From the NCBI GenBank assembly GCA_977017575.1, contig CDRNVI010000009.1, forward strand, positions 496,001 through 560,000: a DNA stretch of 64,000 nt, given 5' to 3'. Source of the stretch: Paramoeba atlantica. Taxonomy: Eukaryota; Protista; Discosea. The notes below the pieces were generated by a model. That model did no database searches. It was not told where the DNA came from and saw only the letters and a list, made by a program, of their open reading frames with translations. A program made the position numbers and the translations under genes. Positions 54,480 through 64,000 of the stretch are shown here, piece after piece (the stretch's first letter is position 1; each line of letters begins with the position of its first letter).

Positions 54480-57400
54480 ACCCTTTCTTTTGTTAAGACC
54501 CTTTCTTTTTTTAAGACCCTTTCTTTTGTTAAGACCCTTTCTTTTGTTAAGACCCTTTCTTTTGTTAAGACCCTTTCTTTTGTTAAGACCCTTTCTTTTG
54601 TTAGGACCCTTTCTTTTGTTAGGACCCTTTCTTTTGTTAAGACCCTTTCTTTTGTTAAGACCCTTTCTTTTGTTAGGACCCTTTCATTTGTTAATGCCCT
54701 TTCTTTTGTTAATGCCCTTTCTTTTGTTAATGCCCTTTCTTCTGTTAAGGCCGTTTCTTTTCTTAAGACCCTTTCTTTTGTTAATGACCTTTCTTTTGTT
54801 AAGACCGTTTCTTTTCTTAAGACCCTTTCTATTGTTAAGACCCTTTCTTTTGTTAAGACCCTTTCTTTTGTTAAGACCCTTTCTTTTGTTAAGACCCTTT
54901 CTTTTGTTAAGACCCTTTCTTTTGTTAGGACCCTTTCTTTTGTTAGGACCCTTTCTTTTGTTAAGACCCTTTCTTTTGTTAGGACCCTTTCTTTTGTTAG
55001 GACCCTTTCATTTGTTAAGGCCCTTTCTTTTGTTAATGCCCTTTCTTTTGTTAATGCCCTTTCTTCTGTTAAGGCCGTTTCTTTTCTTAAGACCCTTTCT
55101 TTTGTTAATGACCTTTCTTTTGTTAAGACCGTTTCTTTTCTTAAGACCCTTTCTATTGTTAAGACCCTTTCTTTTGTTAAGACTCTTTCTTTTGTTAAGA
55201 CCCTTTCTTTTGTTAAGAACCTTTCTTTTGTTAAGACCCTTTCTTTTGTTAAGACCCTTTCTTTTGTTAAGACCGATTCTTTTGTTAGGACCCTTTCTTT
55301 TGTTAAGACCCTTTCATTTCTTAAGACCCTTTCTTATGTTAAGACCCTTTCTTTTGTTAAGACCCTTTCATTTCTTAAGACCCTTTCTTATGTTAAGACC
55401 CTTTCTTTTGTTAGGACCCTTTCTTTTGTTAGGACCCTTTCTTTTGTTAAGGCCCTTTCTTTTGTTAGGACCCTTTCTTTTGTTAGGACCCTTTCTTTTG
55501 TTAAGACCCTTTCTTATGTTAAGACCCTTTCTTATGTTAAGACCCTTTCTTTTGTTAAGACCCTTTCTTTCGTTAAGGCCCTTTCTTTTGTTAAGGCCCT
55601 TTCTTTTGTTAAGACCCTTTCTTTCGTTAAGGCCCTTTCTTTTGTTAAGGCCCTTTCTTTTGTTAAGGCCCTTTCTTTTGTTAAGGCCCTTTCTTCTGTT
55701 AAGGCCCTTTCTTTTGTTAAGAACCTTTCTTTTGTTAAGACCCTTTCTTTTGTTAAGACCCTTTCTTTTGTTAAGACCGATTCTTTTGTTAGGACCCTTT
55801 CTTTTGTTAAGACCCTTTCTTTTGTTAAGACCCTTTCTTTTGTTAAGATCCTTTCTTTTGTTAAGACCCTTTCTTTTGTTAAGACCGATTCTTTTGTTAG
55901 GACCCTTTCTTTTGTTAAGACCCTTTCTTTTGTTAGGACCCTTTCTTTTGTTAGGACCCTTTCTTTTGTTAAGGCCCTTTCTTTTGTTAGGACCCTTTCT
56001 TTTGTTAGGACCCTTTCTTTTGTTAAGACCCTTTCTTTTGTTAAGACCCTTTCTTTTGTTAAGACCCTTTCATTTCTTAAGACCCTTTCTTATGTTAAGA
56101 CCCTTTCTTATGTTAAGACCCTTTCTTTTGTTAAGACCCTTTCTTTTGTTAAGGCCCTTTCTTCTGTTAAGACCGCTTCTTTTCTTAAGACCCTTTCTTT
56201 TGTTAAGACCCTTTCATTTCTTAAGACCCTTTCTTATGTTAAGACCCTTTCTTTTGTTAAGACCCTTTCTTTTGTTAGGACCCTTTCTTTTGTTAATGAC
56301 CTTTCTTTTGTTAAGGCCGTTTCTTTTCTTAAGACCCTTTCTTTTGTTAATGACCTTTCTTTTGTTAAGACCGTTTCTTTTCTTAAGACCCTTTCTATTG
56401 TTAAGACCCTTTCTTTTGTTAAGACTCTTTCTTTTGTTAAGACCCTTTCTTTTGTTAAGAACCTTTCTTTTGTTAAGACCCTTTCTTTTGTTAAGACCCT
56501 TTCTTTTGTTAAGACCGATTCTTTTGTTAGGACCCTTTCTTTTGTTAAGACCCTTTCATTTCTTAAGACCCTTTCTTATGTTAAGACCCTTTCTTTTGTT
56601 AAGACCCTTTCATTTCTTAAGACCCTTTCTTATGTTAAGACCCTTTCTTTTGTTAGGACCCTTTCTTTTGTTAGGACCCTTTCTTTTGTTAAGGCCCTTT
56701 CTTTTGTTAGGACCCTTTCTTTTGTTAGGACCCTTTCTTTTGTTAAGACCGTTTCTTTTGTTAAGACCCTTTCTTTTGTTAAGACCCTTTCTTTTGTTAA
56801 GACCCTTTCTTTTGTTAGGACCCTTTCTTTTGTTAAGACCCTTTCTTTTGTTAAGACCCTTTCATTTCTTAAGACCCTTTCTTATGTTAAGACCCTTTCT
56901 TTTGTTAAGACCCTTTCTTTTGTTAGGACCCTTTCTTTTGTTAAGGCCCTTTCATTTGTTAGGACCCTTTCTTTTGTTAGGACCCTTTCTTTTGTTAAGA
57001 CCCTTTCTTATGTTAAGACCCTTTCTTTTGTTAAGACCCTTTCTTTTGTTAAGGCCCTTTCTTCTGTTAAGACCGCTTCTTTTGTTAAGACCCTTTCTTT
57101 TGTTAAGACCCTTTCTTTTGTTAAGACCCTTTCTTTTGTTAAGACCCTTTCTTTTGTTAGGACCCTTTCTTTTGTTAGGACCCTTTCTTTTGTTAAGACC
57201 CTTTCTTATGTTAAGACCCTTTCTTATGTTAAGACCCTTTCTTTTGTTAAGACCCTTTCTTTTGTTAAGGCCCTTTCTTTTGTTAAGGCCCTTTCTTTTG
57301 TTAAGGCCCTTTCTTTTGTTAAGGCCCTTTCTTTTGTTAAGACCCTTTCTTCTGTTAAGGCCCTTTCTTTTGTTAAGAACCTTTCTTTTGTTAAGACCCT

Positions 57401-60400
57401 TTCTTTTGTTAAGACCCTTTCTTTTGTTAAGACCGATTCTTTTGTTAGGACCCTTTCTTTTGTTAAGACCCTTTCTTTTGTTAAGACCCTTTCTTTTGTT
57501 AAGACGCTTTCTTTTGTTAAGACCGATTCTTTTGTTAGGACCCTTTCTTTTGTTAAGACCCTTTCTTTTGTTAGGACCCTTTCTTTTGTTAGGACCCTTT
57601 CTTTTGTTAAGGCCCTTTCTTTTGTTAAGGCCCTTTCTTCTGTTAAGACCGCTTCTTTTCTTAAGACCCTTTCTTTTGTTAAGACCCTTTCATTTCTTAA
57701 GACCCTTTCTTATGTTAAGACCCTTTCTTTTGTTAAGACCCTTTCTTTTGTTAGGACCCTTTCTTTTGTTAGGACCCTTTCTTTTGTTAAGGCCCTTTCT
57801 TTTGTTAGGACCCTTTCTTTTGTTAGGACCCTTTCTTTTGTTAAGGCCCTTTCATTTGTTAGGACCCTTTCTTTTGTTAGGACCCTTTCTTTTGTTAAGA
57901 CCCTTTCTTTTGTTAGGACCCTTTCTTTTGTTAAGGCCCTTTCATTTGTTAGGACCCTTTCTTTTGTTAGGACCCTTTCTTTTGTTAAGACCCTTTCTTT
58001 TGTTAAGACCCTTTCTTTTGTTAAGACCCTTTTTTTTGTTAAGGCCCTTTCTTCTGTTAAGACCGCTTCTTTTCTTAAGACCCTTTCTTTTGTTAATAAC
58101 CTTTCTTTTGTTAAGACCCTTTCTTTTGTTAAGACCCTTTCTTTTGTTAGGACCCTTTCTTTTGTTAGGACCCTTTCTTTTGTTAAGACCCTTTCTTATG
58201 TTAAGACCCTTTCTTATGTTAAGACCCTTTCTTTTGTTAAGACCCTTTCTTTTGTTAAGGCCCTTTCTTTTGTTAAGGCCCTTTCTTTTGTTAAGGCCCT
58301 TTCTTTTGTTAAGGCCCTTTCTTTTGTTAAGACCCTTTCTTCTGTTAAGGCCCTTTCTTTTGTTAAGAACCTTTCTTTTGTTAAGACCCTTTCTTTTGTT
58401 AAGACCCTTTCTTTTGTTAAGACCGATTCTTTTGTTAGGACCCTTTCTTTTGTTAAGACCCTTTCTTTTGTTAAGACCCTTTCTTTTGTTAAGACGCTTT
58501 CTTTTGTTAAGACCGATTCTTTTGTTAGGACCCTTTCTTTTGTTAAGACCCTTTCTTTTGTTAGGACCCTTTCTTTTGTTAGGACCCTTTCTTTTGTTAA
58601 GGCCCTTTCTTTTGTTAAGGCCCTTTCTTCTGTTAAGACCGCTTCTTTTCTTAAGACCCTTTCTTTTGTTAAGACCCTTTCATTTCTTAAGACCCTTTCT
58701 TATGTTAAGACCCTTTCTTTTGTTAAGACCCTTTCTTTTGTTAGGACCCTTTCTTTTGTTAGGACCCTTTCTTTTGTTAAGGCCCTTTCTTTTGTTAGGA
58801 CCCTTTCTTTTGTTAGGACCCTTTCTTTTGTTAAGGCCCTTTCATTTGTTAGGACCCTTTCTTTTGTTAGGACCCTTTCTTTTGTTAAGACCCTTTCTTT
58901 TGTTAGGACCCTTTCTTTTGTTAAGGCCCTTTCATTTGTTAGGACCCTTTCTTTTGTTAGGACCCTTTCTTTTGTTAAGACCCTTTCTTTTGTTAAGACC
59001 CTTTCTTTTGTTAAGACCCTTTTTTTTGTTAAGGCCCTTTCTTCTGTTAAGACCGCTTCTTTTCTTAAGACCCTTTCTTTTGTTAATAACCTTTCTTTTG
59101 TTAAGACCCTTTCTTTTGTTAAGACCCTTTCTTTTGTTAGGACCCTTTCTTTTGTTAAGGCCCTTTCTTTTGTTAGGACCCTTTCTTTTGTTAGGACCCT
59201 TTCTTTTGTTAAGACCCTTTCTTATGTTAAGACCCTTTCTTATGTTAAGACCCTTTCTTTTGTTAAGACCCTTTCTTTTGTTAAGGCCCTTTCTTCTGTT
59301 AAGGCCTTTTCTTTTGTTAAGAACCTTTCTTTTGTTAAGACCCTTTCTTTTGTTAAGATCCTTTCTTTTGTTAAGACAGATTCTTTTGTTAGGACCCTTT
59401 CTTTTGTTAAGACCCTTTCTTTTGTTAAGACCCTTTCTTTTGTTAAGACCGATTCTTTTGTTAGGACCCTTTCTTTTGTTAAGACCCTTTCTTTTGTTAA
59501 GACCCTTTCTTTTGTTAGGACCCTTTCTTTTGTTAAGACCCTTTCTTTTGTTAAGACCCTTTCATTTCTTAAGACCCTTTCTTATGTTAAGACCCTTTCT
59601 TTTGTTAAGACCCTTTCTTTTGTTAGGACCCTTTCTTTTGTTAAGGCCCTTTCATTTGTTAGGACCCTTTCTTTTGTTAGGACCCTTTCTTTTGTTAAGA
59701 CCCTTTCTTTTGTTAAGACCCTTTCTTTTGTTAAGACCCTTTTTTTTGTTAAGGCCCTTTCTTCTGTTAAGACCGCTTCTTTTCTTAAGACCCTTTCTTT
59801 TGTTAATAACCTTTCTTTTGTTAAGACCCTTTCTTTTGTTAAGACCCTTTCTTTTGTTAGGACCCTTTCTTTTGTTAAGGCCCTTTCTTTTGTTAGGACC
59901 CTTTCTTTTGTTAGGACCCTTTCTTTTGTTAAGACCCTTTCTTATGTTAAGACCGCTTCTTTTCTTAAGACCCTTTCTTTTGTTAAGACCCTTTCTTTTG
60001 TTAAGGCCCTTTCTTTTGTTAAGGCCCTTTCTTTTGTTAAGGCCCTTTCTTCTGTTAAGGCCCTTTCTTTTGTTAAGAACCTTTCTTTTGTTAAGACCCT
60101 TTCTTTTGTTAAGATCCTTTCTTTTGTTAAGACAGATTCTTTTGTTAGGACCCTTTCTTTTGTTAAGACCCTTTCTTTTGTTAAGACCCTTTCTTTTGTT
60201 AAGACCCTTTCTTTTGTTAAGACCGATTCTTTTGTTAGGACCCTTTCTTTTGTTAAGACCCTTTCTTTTGTTAGGACCCTTTCTTTTGTTAGGACCCTTT
60301 CTTTTGTTAAGACCCTTTCTTTTGTTAAGACCCTTTCATTTCTTAAGACCCTTTCTTATGTTAAGACCCTTTCTTATGTTAAGACCCTTTCTTTTGTTAA

Positions 60401-63400
60401 GGCCCTTTCTTCTGTTAAGACCGCTTCTTTTCTTAAGACCCTTTCTTTTGTTAAGACCCTTTCATTTCTTAAGACCCTTTCTTATGTTAAGACCCTTTCT
60501 TTTGTTAAGACCCTTTCTTTTGTTAGGACCCTTTCTTTTGTTAGGACCCTTTCTTTTGTTAAGACCGTTTCTTTTGTTAAGACCCTTTCTTTTGTTAAGA
60601 CCCTTTCTTTTGTTAAGACCCTTTCTTTTGTTAGGACCCTTTCTTTTGTTAAGACCCTTTCTTTTGTTAAGACCCTTTCATTTCTTAAGACCCTTTCTTA
60701 TGTTAAGACCCTTTCTTTTGTTAAGACCCTTTCTTTTGTTAGGACCCTTTCTTTTGTTAAGGCCCTTTCATTTGTTAGGACCCTTTCTTTTGTTAGGACC
60801 CTTTCTTTTGTTAAGACCCTTTCTTATGTTAAGACCCTTTCTTTTGTTAAGACCCCTTCTTTTGTTAAGGCCCTTTCTTCTGTTAAGACCGCTTCTTTTC
60901 TTAAGACCCTTTCTTTTGTTAATAACCTTTCTTTTGTTAAGACCCTTTCTTTTGTTAAGACCCTTTCTTTTGTTAAGACCCTTTCTTTTGTTAGGACCCT
61001 TTCTTTTGTTAAGACCCTTTCTTTTGTTAAGACCCTTTCATTTCTTAAGACCCTTTCTTATGTTAAGACCCTTTCTTATGTTAAGACCCTTTCTTTTGTT
61101 AAGACCCTTTCTTTTGTTAAGGCCCTTTCTTCTGTTAAGACCGCTTCTTTTCTTAAGACCCTTTCTTTTGTTAATAACCTTTCTTTTGTTAAGACCCTTT
61201 CTTTTGTTAAGACCCTTTCTTTTGTTAGGACCCTTTCTTTTGTTAGGACCCTTTCTTTTGTTAAGACCCTTTCTTTTGTTAGGACCCTTTCTTTTGTTAG
61301 GACCCTTTCATTTGTTAAGGCCCTTTCTTTTGTTAATGCCCTTTCTTTTGTTAATGCCCTTTCTTTTGTTAAGACCCTTTCTATTGTTAAGACCCTTTCT
61401 TTTGTTAGGACCCTTTCTTTTGTTAAGACCCTTTCTTTTGTTAAGACCCTTTCTTTTGTTAAGACCGATTCTTTTGTTAAGACCGATTCTTTTGTTAGGA
61501 CCCTTTCTTTTGTTAAGACCCTTTCTTTTGTTAAGACCCTTTCATTTCTTAGACCCTTTCTTATGTTAAGACCCTTTCTTTTGTTAAGAGCCTTTCTTTT
61601 GTTAGGACCCTTTCTTTTGTTAGGACCCTTTCATTTGTTAATGCCCTTTCTTTTGTTAATGCCCTTTCTTTTGTTAATGCCCTTTCTTCTGTTAAGGCCG
61701 TTTCTTTTCTTAAGACCCTTTCTTTTGTTAATGACCTTTCTTTTGTTAAGACCGTTTCTTTTCTTAAGACCCTTTCTATTGTTAAGACCCTTTCTTTTGT
61801 TAAGACCCTTTCTTTTGTTAAGACCCTTTCTTTTGTTAAGACCCTTTCTTTTGTTAAGACCCTTTCTTTTGTTAGGACCCTTTCTTTTGTTAGGACCCTT
61901 TCTTTTGTTAAGACCCTTTCTTTTGTTAGGACCCTTTCTTTTGTTAGGACCCTTTCATTTGTTAAGGCCCTTTCTTTTGTTAATGACCTTTCTTTTGTTA
62001 AGACCGTTTCTTTTGTTAAGACCGTTTCTTTTCTTAAGACCCTTTCTATTGTTAAGACCCTTTCTTTTGTTAAGACTCTTTCTTTTGTTAAGACCCTTTC
62101 TTTTGTTAAGAACCTTTCTTTTGTTAAGACCCTTTCTTTTGTTAAGACCCTTTCTTTTGTTAAGACCGATTCTTTTGTTAGGACCCTTTCTTTTGTTAAG
62201 ACCCTTTCATTTCTTAAGACCCTTTCTTATGTTAAGACCCTTTCTTTTGTTAAGACCCTTTCATTTCTTAAGACCCTTTCTTATGTTAAGACCCTTTCTT
62301 TTGTTAGGACCCTTTCTTTTGTTAGGACCCTTTCTTTTGTTAAGGCCCTTTCTTTTGTTAGGACCCTTTCTTTTGTTAGGACCCTTTCTTTTGTTAAGAC
62401 CCTTTCTTATGTTAAGACCCTTTCTTATGTTAAGACCCTTTCTTTTGTTAAGACCCTTTCTTTCGTTAAGGCCCTTTCTTTTGTTAAGGCCCTTTCTTTT
62501 GTTAAGACCCTTTCTTTCGTTAAGGCCCTTTCTTTTGTTAAGGCCCTTTCTTTTGTTAAGGCCCTTTCTTTTGTTAAGGCCCTTTCTTCTGTTAAGGCCC
62601 TTTCTTTTGTTAAGAACCTTTCTTTTGTTAAGACCCTTTCTTTTGTTAAGACCCTTTCTTTTGTTAAGACCGATTCTTTTGTTAGGACCCTTTCTTTTGT
62701 TAAGACCCTTTCTTTTGTTAAGACCCTTTCTTTTGTTAAGATCCTTTCTTTTGTTAAGACCCTTTCTTTTGTTAAGACCGATTCTTTTGTTAGGACCCTT
62801 TCTTTTGTTAAGACCCTTTCTTTTGTTAGGACCCTTTCTTTTGTTAGGACCCTTTCTTTTGTTAAGGCCCTTTCTTTTGTTAGGACCCTTTCTTTTGTTA
62901 GGACCCTTTCTTTTGTTAAGACCCTTTCTTTTGTTAAGACCCTTTCTTTTGTTAAGACCCTTTCATTTCTTAAGACCCTTTCTTATGTTAAGACCCTTTC
63001 TTATGTTAAGACCCTTTCTTTTGTTAAGACCCTTTCTTTTGTTAAGGCCCTTTCTTCTGTTAAGACCGCTTCTTTTCTTAAGACCCTTTCTTTTGTTAAG
63101 ACCCTTTCATTTCTTAAGACCCTTTCTTATGTTAAGACCCTTTCTTTTGTTAAGACCCTTTCTTTTGTTAGGACCCTTTCTTTTGTTAATGACCTTTCTT
63201 TTGTTAAGGCCGTTTCTTTTCTTAAGACCCTTTCTTTTGTTAATGACCTTTCTTTTGTTAAGACCGTTTCTTTTCTTAAGACCCTTTCTATTGTTAAGAC
63301 CCTTTCTTTTGTTAAGACTCTTTCTTTTGTTAAGACCCTTTCTTTTGTTAAGAACCTTTCTTTTGTTAAGACCCTTTCTTTTGTTAAGACCCTTTCTTTT

Positions 63401-64000
63401 GTTAAGACCGATTCTTTTGTTAGGACCCTTTCTTTTGTTAAGACCCTTTCATTTCTTAAGACCCTTTCTTATGTTAAGACCCTTTCTTTTGTTAAGACCC
63501 TTTCATTTCTTAAGACCCTTTCTTATGTTAAGACCCTTTCTTTTGTTAGGACCCTTTCTTTTGTTAGGACCCTTTCTTTTGTTAAGGCCCTTTCTTTTGT
63601 TAGGACCCTTTCTTTTGTTAGGACCCTTTCTTTTGTTAAGACCGTTTCTTTTGTTAAGACCCTTTCTTTTGTTAAGACCCTTTCTTTTGTTAAGACCCTT
63701 TCTTTTGTTAGGACCCTTTCTTTTGTTAAGACCCTTTCTTTTGTTAAGACCCTTTCATTTCTTAAGACCCTTTCTTATGTTAAGACCCTTTCTTTTGTTA
63801 AGACCCTTTCTTTTGTTAGGACCCTTTCTTTTGTTAAGGCCCTTTCATTTGTTAGGACCCTTTCTTTTGTTAGGACCCTTTCTTTTGTTAAGACCCTTTC
63901 TTATGTTAAGACCCTTTCTTTTGTTAAGACCCTTTCTTTTGTTAAGGCCCTTTCTTCTGTTAAGACCGCTTCTTTTCTTAAGACCCTTTCTTTTGTTAAG
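54480..64000. repeat. 18-bp satellite array (more than 520 units) with variant units and higher-order structure, continues beyond the window
   Basis: Unit GTTAAGACCCTTTCTTTT; variant markers recur at 720, 990 and about 6900-6950 bp. Confidence 0.98.

Noticed and set aside
54490-61569. 2359-aa Leu/Phe/Pro/Arg ORF and similar ORFs at 50002-50757 and 44749-44973
   Set aside because: These are translations of the stop-free 18-bp satellite (6-aa period), with no evidence of coding function.

Overview
This 64-kb window has no recognisable host gene. It is eukaryotic, probably from a kinetoplastid- or diplonemid-like euglenozoan: four 36-nt copies of a spliced-leader (SL) exon are present. About 54 kb is nested retroelements and the last ~9.5 kb is an 18-bp satellite array. 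Contents: (i) at least 10 copies or fragments of CRE/SLACS-type non-LTR elements (RT plus restriction-like endonuclease), one apparently intact (8290-12126); (ii) one APE-RT-RNase H non-LTR element; (iii) five divergent VIPER/TATE-like tyrosine-recombinase (YR) retrotransposons (gag, YR, RT/RNase H), two showing the full A1-ORFs-B1-A2-B2 split direct repeats, plus solo 3' ends. The most striking signal is a cassette at the end of gag in all five YR elements: a G_GAU_UUY slippery heptamer, a 6-nt spacer and a GC stem that encloses the gag stop codon. The RT ORF lies in the -1 frame and the YR ORF in the 0 frame directly behind the stop. This suggests that Gag, Gag-YR (readthrough) and Gag-RT (-1 frameshift) are made from one mRNA; this is inferred, not shown. 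Second, SL exons are fused to element 5' ends exactly at AG acceptors that are still visible in the element's own terminal repeat, so these copies derive from trans-spliced mRNA. Third, YR and CRE elements are inserted at defined phases of the 18-bp satellite. Other observations: att-like hairpins at repeat junctions, a Tudor-like domain shared by two unrelated element classes, a YxDG RT motif and a palindrome-rich 1-kb TIR module.
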